From assembly GCA_964187785.1 (NCBI GenBank), contig OZ076409.1:67334001-67398000 (forward strand): a DNA stretch of 64,000 bases, written 5' to 3'. Positions within the stretch are counted from its first letter, which is position 1; every line of letters starts with the position of its first letter. Position numbers and translations under genes: made by a program. Shown piece by piece: positions 1-13,404 of this stretch. The notes under the pieces were generated by a model that had not been told where the DNA came from, did not search any database, and was given only the letters and a program-made list of their open reading frames with translations. The DNA is from Amphiscolops sp. MND2022 (lineage: Eukaryota).

Positions 1-639
1 ATTACTTTCTTGGTTGCTTGAACAAGGAATATCGACCGTTTTCAATCTCACCTTTTGGGTCTCTCTTTCAAGAAGGAGTTAACTTGGGTTGGTAACAATA
101 CAGGAAATTACACAAACTGTCATGTTTACAATCAAATATGAGGGCACCATAAAGGTTCTATAATGATACATAAAGTTAACAAACTACCCACTTTCGAGGC
201 GATAAAGCATATAAAGATATTGGTATATCAACATCTGAAGCATACATTTACACGATTTTGTGGTCCTTTAATATATTTGTTATTTGCCCACCAAAGCTTC
301 TATCAGGTTACAAATGCTCTACCGGCTTCCGCCTGGACTAGATATAACCAAATATGACCACTTGACAGGTTAAATACACAAGCAGGATGATAAATTACCA
401 AATTTGTTCTATATTTGAAGAAATCTCTGATTTTGCCCCAGAAAAAAATATTTTTCAAATTTTTGCCTTCGATTTCCTGTTTTTTGCCCTAGATGGTTTA
501 GTTGGCCAAAAATATGTCGGTTGCCAACCATCCTAGAGTGTGATTCCCAAAACTCAATCTTTTACAGCCACCAATTAGGGGCTATTTTAGGGTATTTTTC
601 GAATAGCTGATTTCAAGTTGTTTTCGAGTCGCCAACAAT

Positions 640-1311
640 CGTCGTAGGAAGTTTCGTCGTATTAGCAAATTCAGAAATTTCGTCTTCAGAAAATTCGTCG
701 TCAGAAATTTCGTCGTATTGATTAGAATAACAGCGTTCACCAAAAGATTTCTTTTAAATTATACAATTACCTAATTATTAAAATGAGATCTTAAGAACAA
801 GTTTCATTTTGACACCAAAATTGAGTCAAAAAGTTAATTGCATTCAATCAACTCATCAAGACGCGTATTAAGCAATGGTATATTTTCAGTCCTACCGGTG
901 GAACTACTTACCGGGGCTTTACATTACTTGTTCCAGGGGAAATTTTTGCTTTTTTGTCAGAAAATCATCAAACAATCCTGGTAATTTTTGCTTTAAGTGT
1001 CGAAACAACTTCGTGTTGGGATGATAAGAAACAAGGTGTATCTTTGGAGGGGGTGGTGGAGAACATGGTCCAAAACCTTTTTTCTTAAAACCCTAACTAA
1101 AAGTAGTCAATGATAGTAATAATTGCACAATTATTGATAATTAGAGATTAGAGAAAATGCGACATTGTATAGAACGTAATCACCGACGACGAAAATTCTG
1201 ACAACGGAATTTCTGGCGACGAAATTTCCGACGACGAAATTTCCGACGACGAAATTTCTTGCGACGAAATTTCTGACAACGAAATTTCCGACGACGAAAT
1301 TTCTGGTAATC
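640..1311. mobile_element. Foldback/Mutator-like non-autonomous element with inverted arrays of a 15-bp unit; left end eroded
   Basis: Left array (aaatttcgtcgtcag)n at ~640-722 and its reverse complement (cgacgacgaaatttc)n at ~1177-1304, ending ...ttctggtaatc at 1311. The superfamily assignment is inference. Confidence 0.55.
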
Positions 1312-1879
1312 TTTATCACAGAACTGCAGTATCTGAGAAAGACAATCACGAATGAGTGATAAGTAAACAGTCCAAGATCCGCAGAAATTTATATGAAGCT
1401 GTGACTAGACAAAACGCCCAACTTAGATTAAAGCCCAAGTAATTGTTTTGGTTCTTTTCTTTTCCTCCAATCCCCTCCCCAACACCGAAGCTTTTTTGCA
1501 AAAGTGGTGAACATATTCGTACAAAGACTAAAAACCAAACCAGAAACATTTCATATCATTTTTTTCAAAGTAGCAGTTTAGAATCTAGATATAATTTTTG
1601 CTGACACTATTAATTTTCATGAAGCACACTGAATTGCTAATTAGGAAATCAACAGCTTTAATTTTTGAGTTAAAAAACAGATGACTTTCAACATGATCAC
1701 AATCAAAATGCGTAAGAATAGTTTTGCTTAAACGATTGACTCTTCCAGTAAAAGTTACCTTCCTGCTGAGGAAAAAATTCACTTTAAATAAGCCAGTTTG
1801 ATTTTTAAAAAAATTTTCCAAAATTTTGATGATGGGGGGGACAGAAAAGCCATCGTTATAAGTAATGCCAAGCAGTGAT

Positions 1880-2037
1880 CGGTCGCTTAGAGCATTACCT
1901 GAGGTGGATGATCACGCAGACTAGGAGTATTGCCCGCGATTGGCACTCATCTCCACGAGTCATATTGCCTCTAGGGTGAAATACGTCCCGTGTGGCCGTA
2001 GGGGAGGTCCTGCTCCAGCTGAATACTTAGCGGCCGG
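1880..2037. other. GC-rich island with extensive self-complementarity (candidate structured RNA or old foldback repeat)
   Basis: Nested pairings ggtcgct/agcggcc, gagca/tgctc, acct/aggt, cacg/cgtg, gtatt/aatac and a central actcat-ctcc-acgagt hairpin, set in an AT-rich background. Confidence 0.35.
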
Positions 2038-4519
2038 TCCTTATGGCTTAACATTTTTCTTAGCTGAAAACATCAGAAAACCAAAACAGTAACCTTGATC
2101 TGAAAGAAAAACAACAAACAAGTCAAACAAGACCTGAATCGCACTGTGCTGTAAGAAACCCGAAAGGCGGGACTTTTTGTTCTCTCGAAGCTTTTTAGTT
2201 CAAGTAAAAATGTTTACATATTAGAAGGAAAATTCTGTGCTGATTCGGAATTGTTAAGATCTAATTCTCAAAGCAGGGCTGTATGTAGAACTTTTTCGGT
2301 TAATTCGACCGAATTGGAAAAAAATAAATTACAATAACGGAAAAAGGGTACGAGGTTTAACTAACAGACGAAGGTTATATATGAATTGAATCTTCATGAA
2401 AAATCCCCTACTGGTAGGTAGCCTCAGGTTGAGCTGCAAATTAAATGTTCGTGATTGAATGAACTTTTCATCACATCAACAATCACATGAAGCTCTGACG
2501 TTTTCTGTTAGACTATGAACCTTCAATCAACAGAAATGGTCAATCTAATTTTTCAAAGATTTTCAAAGCTACCTCGGAACTCCGCGATAGCTCGTCTGAA
2601 ATTCCTGATTTATTTCATGAACTAGTCGCCTGTGTGTCTCTCTTGTTTCCAACAAACTCAGAAAATGGGGAGAAATTATAACAGAGATTTCTAAAGATAA
2701 AGACAGATTGCTAAATACACAACAATTGCATTATATTCACTCGATAAATATAAAAGACAGCCAATACTTTAAATAAAGTCCGTTTTTTCCAGACTTCTAA
2801 GGCCACAGGGTATTTTCAGTCATTAGATTTGCAATTTTTGTCTAACCAGAACAGGAAGTTTTTAGTTGCTCTGCCAATTAAATATTGACACCGTATTATA
2901 CATGTATCTTGTTCTAGAACTTCCTATTTTTGCAGGGGCTTTTGCAAGAACATTTATGATTATCAAGATTGTATTTACAGTCTGTAATTAAATCGGAATA
3001 AATTTCCCAACCTAGCCTAGATTCAAAGCCACTTGATGTAAATGCAAATGAACTTGAGCCAATTTCAGGATCTTTTAAATGTGCAGGCCAAATTGTTGTT
3101 CAACTATTTGGTTCTCTATCTACGCTGATAATGACGCAAAACTTTTTTCCACCGTTGTCGAAATTCTGTAACGGCGTTTGAAATTGTTGGTTTTTTCTTT
3201 GATTTTTCTTATCAAAGGTGAGTTACGCTTTGTAGCCGTGAAATCAAAAGGATAGCATTAGTTGGTAATGAAATTACGACCCTAGTATAGGTATAGAAAC
3301 CCGGTTGAAAATGAACAGACTGTCGAAAATGAATCGCATACGCTGTTAAGAAGGCAAATATCCACTTTGATAGTGAGAGAAACTTTTCGTATTCGCCAGC
3401 CATTATTATTCTCCAAGTCTCGTGGGACAGGAAGCCGCGGGGTATGATACATGCAAAGCGCAGGAAAAAATGGATGCGTGTTCATCGCTTGTTGCTTCAA
3501 TCTTCAATCAAACATTTTGCGATCTAGAAATCTTTCTTTATTTCTACGAAATTACTTTTGTGGGTATACAGGTTCCCTTGAGTTGGTTTTACAAAGGCGC
3601 AATTTATATGAATGATGCAAAATGCATGAATGGTCATGAATGGGTCAATCAAAAAACAATGAATGTATTTTTCATCTTTCTCGCTTACTTTTTGCAACTC
3701 CAGAAAGGAGCAAAAAGTGTACGTGATTTAGGGCAGGACCCGTTTCAGACTTTTGGACCATAAATTTCGACAGATGGCTGTTTTATCTCATATTTTATGC
3801 ATTTTGATTTGTTTGCAGATCAAAAATATATTCTCTTTTTCAGATGCAACCTTTCTTCGTCGCAGTCTTGTCGTAATTTGTGATTATTTTCCCATTATTA
3901 TGCCATATGGTATGCAGCAACTACGTATTAATATTGAACGGCCTCATGGAATCAACAACTACGCGTTAGACTGAGACGAGGAGAAATACAAGGAAAATAT
4001 CAGCAAAAAGTGGAGCAACTTCCATTCTGCGCCACCATCGCCATCGCTGCATTCGTCAGTCAACAAACAACTCAGTCAACAAACATTTTCCCAACTATTT
4101 TTCAAGCAGCAGTGGCTTCCTTCCATATTTGTTCAGCAACCAACTATAAGTGACGTCACAAAATCACGACTGCAGGAAGTGGGTACGAGAACAACATTCT
4201 GGCACCCGTTAATCTTACATTGCAAAGACTGGATTGCCATTTCCGGTGCGGCACTTTTCCAGGTGCTGTCCACATCAATTTAATTTATCCATGATTTAAT
4301 TTAACCAAAAAACAAAGAAAAAAGCCAACATGTGACAAAACAGCGACAACATTTAGAGGTAAATGGAGCGAGAAAGATACAAAAGTTATTGTGAGTTATC
4401 ATTTATCATTGACTTATTATCATTAGAATCATTACAACCCCAAAATTATCGTCCTCACATTATCCGAATTTGTTGACCGCAACGAACACAACTGAACTTA
4501 CCAGTCTTGTGCCAACAAG

Positions 4520-4559
4520 ATGATGAACAAAGATCTGGAGGAATGGACCGTGACAGAGG
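4520..4559 (+). CDS. Putative first coding exon (MMNKDLEEWTVTE+G) of the Slp-type gene
   Basis: aagATG context with an in-frame upstream TGA at 4493. Strong donor G|gtaagt at 4560. The phase-1 end matches the phase-1 start of the exon at 50356 (G+TG = Val). The linkage is inferred from phase compatibility only. Confidence 0.5.
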
Positions 4560-5572
4560 GTAAGTTTGATCTAATACCATTCATTTTGCAATCCGCCTTT
4601 TAGGTATAATTTATTCAAACACGCATGCAGTGAACTTCAATGGTACTACCTACCATAAATGGTACCTTCGTTTGAGCACCTATCATAAAATCATGCATTA
4701 TTTATTACATTCTGAACTGCATGCATGACTTGAGAAAATCACGATTGCTTTGCTGAATGTACACTCATTGTAGTGCCCATTGAGGTCTGACACCGCTAAT
4801 TAGAACCTGCATGGGAATTTTTCATCGATTTCATTAGGGTTCAAATTGGCGGCAAATGATAAAATGTCCAAAACCAAAATTTCGGCAGAATCTTACACGG
4901 AGTTTCAAAATGAACTTCAAAAATTTCACTTGTGAAACCCACACAGTATGAAAAATTCCACTTTTTGCAAAACGTGAATTAAGTTATCATTTAGTTTTAA
5001 AATATAATTCAAGTCAAACATCCAATAGTTTTTAAAAAAATTGAATTTGAAATAAGCTGTATATCGATTAGCGGAAACAAAATTAGCGATGGCAAAACCC
5101 TGGTAGTGACATTCGAAAAACTTCTAACGTTGTAGAGTCCTTTTCATCTTAAGTTCTGGGACTTTTTTGGTAATCAGTACTCAATTAGGTCTCAAAAACC
5201 CGACATTGCTCGAAATTGGTTGGTTTAATAAATACTCCACACTTAAAATTAAGATGCATATATGCATTTTCAAATGTTGCATCCATTGTCTTTTTATCAT
5301 ATAAGTAGTAAATGAAATGTTGGGAAATATTAATAGGGAACCTTGCATAATGGAAAAATTTGCTACCAACGTTATTTTGATAATCGACAGTGCATCGAAC
5401 AGAAAAGTTTCCCTATTTTTGGTTGTTCCTAAAACGAGTTGAGTGATTGTAATTTGTATACAATTTTCGTAATTGAAATGGATATACCTATGCACAAGAA
5501 ACTTTCATAGAAGTCAATTAGATGAAAAAATCAAGCATGAAGACTTAAAAAGCTTGTTGGCAAATTAAATGT

Positions 5573-5576
<4 letters not shown>

Positions 5577-5614
<38 letters not shown>
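5577..5614. repeat. (AG)n microsatellite
   Basis: Perfect AG dinucleotide run. Confidence 0.97.
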
Positions 5615-5616
<2 letters not shown>

Positions 5617-6782
5617 AGAACGGAACGAAATTGTCACATCGCCCACTGCGCCTCTTGACTGCATTTTCGTTTGGGATTTGGGACCAAATAAATATATTTG
5701 TTACTCATTATCCAAAAACACTTCCGAACATTTCTGCTGAAAAAATGTTGATTGAATTTCGCTAATTAGCGGGGAATGAACGCGTTCGCTTCTTGATTGC
5801 TTTTATGGTAATGAAATTTTGAAGAAATGGCCAGCGGGTTCATTACTCTATATTCAATCGAACAGATGTTCTTGCTGTCAAATTTAACCTTTCTTTGCTT
5901 GCTGGCATCAATTGATTCAGATTTGTCAACGTTCACTGTTATCCATTGGCATGATGGCTTCAGCTAGTAACCTTTACTTTCTTTACATGCATTGTAAAGG
6001 TCAACTCCTTCCAAGAGGACATGCCAGAAAAAAACAATTTAAATCCCAAGTCGAAATTTTGGAGGATCAGAAAAACAATGTGTGGTAATTTATTACGCCG
6101 GGTTAATGAAAAACTAGATATATTTCATTTTGTTAATTTCATCATAGCAATCATTAGAGATATCATTTGGAACCATTTTTACAAAAAAAACTAACAAAGT
6201 TCATATTATTAGCTACATGTGCAATATCAGGATTAAAAATTGAACGGATTACTATTTGTCCTCTTTTTATTCGTCAACCCCATTGAAGTTTTTTCAATGA
6301 CGTTTTACTTCGTGATCCGTTCAAATTTTGATCCTGATACTGTACATGCAGCTCATTTCTACCAGAAACAACTCGCGTTTTCCAGTCAAACTGATCACAG
6401 TCTGGACCATATATGCTATCATTCTATTCATGCAAGTTTCTTCTATAATGTTAGTATGATCAGTTTTGAACCATAAATGCCCATTGTCCTGAATTGCAAC
6501 TTTTACAAATATTTTCAGTAAAAACAAAGTTATCAGCCTATGAAATTGAACGTAGAACGAGCGCATGTGCAACTTCTGACTGGCCTGATGAACAAATGTA
6601 TGCCTTCCAAACGTCGTTACCTGTCATAACTTTATATGAACCTAAGCGGAGGCGAAGACTCAAACTCTATGATTGTTGAAAAACGGCTGTTCAATTCCTT
6701 CCCTTAAATTTAATGTTTAATAAAAAATGTTTTTTGAACATTTTGAACATTTAGTCATTATTGGCCAATTGGTTGAAGAATT

Positions 6783-9102
6783 AACAAGACGCCCGCTGAC
6801 CAGCAGGATATTTTCTGTCCAAACTATTCTAGCAACGACATTTTTGAGGCTCAAGAGTAGCCTTTGCACTAGGGAAACGCTTAGAAGTTTGATGAAAAAA
6901 ACGTTTTGACACTTTCTGATTAATGTCATCCCATTTAAGAAGGAAACAGCGCAAGGCAAGAACACACTAAACACCTATCTATTTTGTTGTCGGCCTGTAT
7001 GGATACCAAAACCTAAGCAACCAATTTTTATATTTTTGCACGGAAATTTGCTGAAAACGTCGAAAATTTCGGAAATTTTTGATTTTTCGACAACTTTTCG
7101 GTCATTGAAGGCAGTTTTTAAGAAACTGCGAATGTCTTTTCTAAAACGCCAGTTGTTGTTCAGTTACAAAATCACCCGAAAGCTTTACAAAAAAGTATAT
7201 AAAATTTTTGAAAACAAAAAAATTTTGGATTTTCTGATTATTGAAGTCGCTCTGACGAAAGTTTTCGAACAACATTGTAAAATTCTGTTTTAATACATAC
7301 TGTATGCCTATTTAAAAAGGTTAGGTTTTTCGGATTCTGGGAATTTTTGGTAACTTTTATTAAAAATTCACTAAAGTGTCAAACAACGGCCAACATTTGA
7401 TTTTCTTCGACTATTTTGGGGTCATTCTGAGGCTCTTTTCTAACGTAACACTGCCATTGACCTCAAAAAGTCTTCTCGAAAACGCATTTATTCGCTGTTG
7501 AACGTTTTCATTCTTCCAACGATAGAATCTTCTCGGTAATTCAGAAACGTTGCAAAAGAAACGTTGATTTTGTTTTTTTTTTCATTTCCAGCACATCAGG
7601 ATCAACATTGAAGTGTTTTTGAAGCAAAACAGTGAAACTGTTTTCTTTTCAAAATATCAGACTGCATAACCAGTTTGTTAGTTTTTGAAAGTTTTGAACC
7701 TTCTAGCAACAAAAAATTTCAAAAATTGTACACAAATTGCTTGAAAAACGACAAACTGGAAAACATTGGGTTTTAGATATTTTGGGGTGAAATTGAAGCA
7801 AATTTTCAATGATAATTTAAATTTATTCTTCCAAAAAGCTTACTGGACATCATTTTCAGCTGTTGATGAAACGTTTCGAAGTTTTAATTAACAAAATTTG
7901 TCAAAAGTCTGAAAAAAATGCTTTGAAAAAGTGTAAAAATGGTAAAAAGTCGGAACTTTTGTTTGTTTTGAGGCTCTTTTCGAACATTGAACTGCAATTG
8001 ATTTTGAAAAAGTCTTCTCTATTTTGCGTTTGTTTGCTGTCGAATGTTTTCATTCTTTTAAAAAATCAATCTTATTAAATTTCCAACAAAATTCGAATCC
8101 GGAAAATTTTGGATTTTCGGCTCCTTTGGGTTATTATGAGAGATTATTCTACCTGGAAAACTACAAGTTTTTCTTTCAATAGGCGTGCTGCATATCTTCA
8201 TAAATAGTCTGGATCTTTAGGTTCGTCTCTCACAAATACTTTCCCAAACTATCACTAAAATTGTCAAAAGAAGGAAAATTTCGGTATGTAGGATTTTTCG
8301 GGTCATATTGAGACATTTTTCAAACACAAATCAGCTAATACCTCCCACAAAAGCCAACTGGATATCAACTGCAATAAAAATGGATATCAACTGTGCAGAC
8401 TTTGCACAAAAATGTTCGAAATTTTAAATTTCTTTACTTTCCGAGTCACTAGGACTGTTTTGAAGTGTTTCTGATGTAAAACACTTTATTTTCTCATCAA
8501 AAAGGATACACTTTACCTATTTGTTTCGCCGTTGATTGTTTTGAACATTCTAGGCCACAAAATTCTCAAAAACTGTTCTCAAATAACATGAAAAACAACA
8601 TAAACTGAACTTTTGGACTTTTCGACAGTTTTGGTGTCATAGTGAAGCATGTTTTTCATCACAAAACTGCATTTACTTCTTCAAAAAGCCTCATTTCAAT
8701 AAACTTGAGGCCGTTTTAAAAAATTCCTTTCTTTCATCAAAAGAGTGTCTTCGACATCGCATTCTTTCGTTGTTGAAGATTTCTATATTCTAAGCTACCA
8801 AATCTACGGAATGTTTGAAAAAAAATGCATAAAAACGTTAAAAATAGGAAATATTTGCCGTTTTTGTCATGTTTGGGGTCATTTTTGGGGTCAATTTTGG
8901 GGCATTCTGGTGTCTTTGGGGTCAACCAAAAAAGTCCAAAAATCTCTACTAATACATATCGCATGATACTAATTTTACGTCAGTTGAATTCTATGGGTGA
9001 AGCTCTTTAAGTTGGATTTAATATTGGTGCTTGGCAAATTTTGTAAAAAAAACCGTTTGATTTAAATGATTTCTTTTTCCATAGGAAATATGGATGGAAA
9101 AA
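6783..9102 (-). mobile_element. Long non-autonomous Helentron-type element (family B), copy 1
   Basis: Starts aacaagacgcccgctgaccagcaggatattttctgtcca (hairpin plus subTIR) and ends ttttccataggaaatatggatggaaa. Shares both ends and internal sequence with 26972-30522 and 43811-46845. Confidence 0.75.
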
Positions 9103-10599
9103 AACAATAATTCATCAATGTTGGCTTATTTGATTAGGTTACGCTAATATATGATTCTGAGAACAAGGCGGACTATAGAGGGACCTATATATGGGAAAAT
9201 TCATGACCATCCTGTAACCATAAACACGTATGTCGAGTCTGTGATCAGCATGTGAACGATACACATTGGCCTGGGTACACAGTATGTTTATCTAGATAGG
9301 ATAAGACAGGGAAGGTCAACCTGGAACCACCTTGTGTCCGTAAAGACTGATTTTTGAAAGATATTTTCTGCAGGCCTTTGTGATTGTTTTTTATAGAAAC
9401 TCAAAATTCCCCAAAATTTCTTTAGCACAGTTAACTGGACAGTCTGGACAGTTAACTAGAAAATAATTTTGTCTCCCTTGAAAGCCTTAAAACCTCGAGA
9501 GTCAACAATCATTGCTCGTAAAAGGACCTACCAAACTGTAATAAATGAATTTCACCCCTGATTGTTAAAAAATGAGTTGGAGTCAAAACAAATAGCTCGG
9601 AACCCGAGTTAATTCTGAGGTAACCAAACAATGCTTGATCAAATATCATTCATCGTGTCATTAAACTTCAGAATCAGTTTTGAAAACAATTTTTTAGGTT
9701 GCTAATATCATTTTTCCCTTTTTGTTTTTACTTCTAATTGCTGTTTTAGCAGCAAGTTTTTGCAAGTGTAGGTGTCCCAGAGACCCAGATTCTCAAATTT
9801 GTATCATGAATAGAAACGACTCCATCCACTAATGACAATGATGTTTTGTGAATTGAAAATTCGAAGAAAAACCTAAATGTGTTTTCTTAAAACTAAATTT
9901 TGTGCCCTATTTGGATGCTTTACATTCAAGTTTTTTTTTCTCTCAAATTTTCCGTTCAAGAAGGTTTCTTTCCAATGTCTTGCAATGAAGTTATCTCAAA
10001 GGACACTCTTCCCGAAACAACATCTGAAAGATTTAAAAATGTGTTGAAATTCGAACCTAACTAATGTTTTGATATTTTGATGTTTTTGGAACATTTTTTT
10101 CAGGTTTTGGTCCCTTTTATCCAAGTCCAAATAATTCCTTTTACAATCAGAGTTCCCATTCCGTCATTACAGTATGGTAGACTTTGTCTGTTTACTTCCT
10201 ATCTACGAAAAAGACGCATGAAAAGAGTCTTCGAAAGTAACGTTAGTTTGTTGCGTCACTGAATTACACTTCGTTTGAATGAATTATTTGATCCTAAAAT
10301 CCGAAGATGTTTCAAACGTTTCAGTTTTGAACAGAACCGCTGTCGACAGGTAGTTTTTAGTCAGACACTATAGCACTGACTTTTCTTTTTTTAAGACCAA
10401 CGAAGTGACAGCTTTTATAAGCTTTAGAAGCTGTTACGTATACCGGATATGGCGTTCTTTGGAGAATTTTCAAAACTGTAAAAAGTGCAAAGGAGTCTCC
10501 CCATTCGAAAATAACACAACCCATACCGGATTTAGCGCAAACCGGATATAACGATTTCCGGATATAACGTACACATGATATAACGTTTTTTTTTGCAGA

Positions 10600-10885
10600 A
10601 TTTTTCAATGTTACAAAAGGGTCCCCCCTTTGGATTTTTTTGGCTCAAAATCGATTTAATGCAAGCCGGATATATTGAATTCCGGTTATCACGTTTCTCG
10701 TTTATGCTTCCAAAAGTAGAGGGGAAACCAAACTGCCCCCTCTCTGGGGTTTTTTGGGCACTATGCGACTTATTTCCGAGAATAGCGTTTTCAAAGTTCG
10801 GATATAACGTTTTCTTGACTCTTTGAAGTCCTTTTGCTTTTTTTAGCCTTAGAAATGGCTCCGACTTGAGCCGTTCCCGGCTTTT
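10600..10885 (+). mobile_element. HINE family A, 3' fragment, interleaved with ccggatata(ac) repeats
   Basis: aaagggtccccc motif and 3' end agccttagaaatggctccgacttgagccgttcccggc. Confidence 0.6.
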
Positions 10886-11192
10886 TCATATTGAAACACA
10901 GCAGTGACTAATCTTGGAACTTATTCTTTCCCTCACACGCAAAAAATATATTGGCATAAATTAGTAACTCTGAAAACTGAGAGATTAGTCATCAAAAAAG
11001 AGTGAAATGGAATGTTACAATAGAATGTAACAATATTCACTCATGTTGATTGTTTTTCAAAAAAAGGGGAAGGAGGAATAACAACCCTATTTTTTCACGC
11101 AGATATAAAAATTGCGAAGATTAATTGACCCTTGGACTCACTTAAAACAATATTTTCGCCTAAGTAGATTTTTTGGACCCATCAATAGTTTT

Positions 11193-11765
11193 TTGTTCGG
11201 CACTTTTTTGGTGAAAAGTGCCCGACTATTACAGTGGCTAGTTTTTTCTCTTTTTTTTGTCCGACCACAGACCTCACTCTATGTATACCACTATTTGTGC
11301 ACTGTGCACTTTTACCAAAAGTACTTAGTACTTGATTTCGAACGCTTCCAAAGCTTCTAAAAAACCTTTCCAAAGTAGAAGGTTCCCCCTTTTCCAATTT
11401 TTATTTTTCGGCATTATGAGACTTTCCCCGCACTTTGTTCGGCTTTGTGAGGCTTTTTTTCGATTTTGTTTGTCGCCAAAGGGTCCGCCTTCAAAAAATT
11501 TTGATATTTTGCAACTGAATGGATGTTGAAAAAGCCCAAAGGGTCCCCCTTTCACATTTTTGGCACTACGAGACTGTTCACAATTTTGACTTTTCGTTTT
11601 TTTTAATATTGTTTAATGTCTACAAAGTGTCCCCCCTTCAGTTTTTGATATTTTGCAACAAACTGTATTTTCAAAAAACCCAAAGGGTCCCTTTTTTTTA
11701 ATTTTGAAAACTTTCTGCACTTTTTGAGCCTTAGATATATCGCTGACTTTAGACGTTCCCGTCTT
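11193..11765 (+). mobile_element. HINE family A copy (diverged)
   Basis: 5' ttcggcac...gtgcccgact, internal aaagggtccccc subrepeats, 3' gagccttagatatatcgctgactttagacgttcccgtc. Confidence 0.75.
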
Positions 11766-12784
11766 TTTTAATTCAAGTCCAGACATAAGTTGGCTGATGT
11801 TCTTTGATTTACTTTAGATATTTTTTGGCTCTCGTTCGTCATATAAGTTTCGAAAATCGTATCACCGCCGTTAACTAGTGATTCTGAACAGGACGCCCGC
11901 TGAGCACAGGGATATTTTCCGTTGCAACTGAGCCATAGCTGTTTCAGTAACTTGACTATTTTAGTTATTAGTAGCTAAAATAGTCAAGTGGATGAAGATC
12001 GTGGAGATTTGGCAGACTTTGGAAAAAAAACGCAACACAGATCATGCTTTTCTTCCCCCATTATTATACATAAAAAACAACATACCAAAAATTTTGATAA
12101 AATAAAAAAAATTCTTTTAGTCAATTCGAATACATTTTTAAATTCGACAACTTGTTTTTTTTTCAGGTCAAACATAAAAATTTCACAATGAACTGCGACT
12201 TTTTGTTCGCTTGTCAACCGTTAGTGTAGTTGTGACACAAGGAAACAATATTTGCTTTTTCGCGGCTGAAAATTGTCTCAAAAATATTTTATGAACTGTG
12301 TAGATCATAGATTCCTATATGAATCTAAATTATTGAAATTTACTTCGTACTCGCAGTTTAGCATGCTGTTGAACATCCTTTCAAAGTTCTTTTTTCCTGG
12401 GTAATTGTTCCTCACTTATTTTTCATGAGGCAGAGCCTGAAAGTTTATGGGTTTCTCGATCTCGAATTTTTCTCTGTGTGTCTGGAGTCGAAATATGAGG
12501 AACTTTCTTTTTCTGCAAAAACCAAAATTATGCATTTTGCATTTTCCGTTGAAAAAATGGACCAAGTCCCATATGTTTGCTTCTAGTTTTTAGTTTGTTT
12601 TTAGTAATGTTTGTGGCAGCTTCGAAGAAGCAACAAGGGAAAGAGAGAGTTTCTTAACATGAAACTATATTGTTCTAGCTGAAAAGGATCTAGCCAAAAC
12701 ACAAATTATTTGATGGAGCAGTTTCTCAAACTTGCGGCCAAGAAAAATTAAACCAGCAAAAATGGCACGAGACACATCAATTTT

Positions 12785-13404
12785 TAGTCGGCGCTTTTTA
12801 ACAAAATGAGCCCGACTAATACAATGGCAATTTTTTTTCGTCATTTTTCGTCAGATAACAGAATGTATGCGTATTGGACACTTTTTACAGAACTACTAAA
12901 CTACTGGACCGACAAATGGAAACGCATCTAAGCTAGTCCAAGCAAAAGGTCCCCCTTTCATTCACTCCCTTTTTAACGTAGGATACAAAATGGACAAGAC
13001 TATAGGGTCTTGAATTTTTTGAATTCTTTACATTTCCCCCCTTTGAATTTTTTTAGGGCACTGTGCGACTTTTTTGATTTTTTTGTCGCCAAAGGGTCCC
13101 CTCTTCAAGTTTTTCAAATATTTTCAGCAAACTGTAGTTTCAAAAAGCCTGAAGGGTCTCCCCTTTTGAGTTTTTGGTACTATGAGACTGTTTCAAAATT
13201 CTCATTTTTCGTTTTTTTTTCGAAAATTTTTTCAAAAAATTTTCCGAATTTTTATAAATGTCTCCAAAGGGTCCCCTTCATTTTTTGATATTTTGCAACA
13301 AACTGGATTTTTAAAAAGCCGAAAGGGTCCCCTTTTACAATTTCAAAAAATTGCGCTTTTTAAGCCTTAGATATAGCGCCAACTTTAGATGTTGCCGTCT
13401 TGTT
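12785..13404 (+). mobile_element. HINE family A copy
   Basis: 5' tagtcggcgc...gcccgacta and 3' agcgccaactttagatgttgccgtcttgtt. Confidence 0.8.

Noticed and set aside
1131..1349. 72-aa ORF with NFVV repeats, or a CRISPR-like array
   Set aside because: It is the translation of a 15-bp tandem repeat. There are no unique spacers or cas genes, and the context is eukaryotic.
1880..2037. HDV-like ribozyme or SRP RNA assignment
   Set aside because: P1.1 GG and the catalytic C are not in place, and the SRP helix-8 motif is absent. Kept only as an unassigned structured island.
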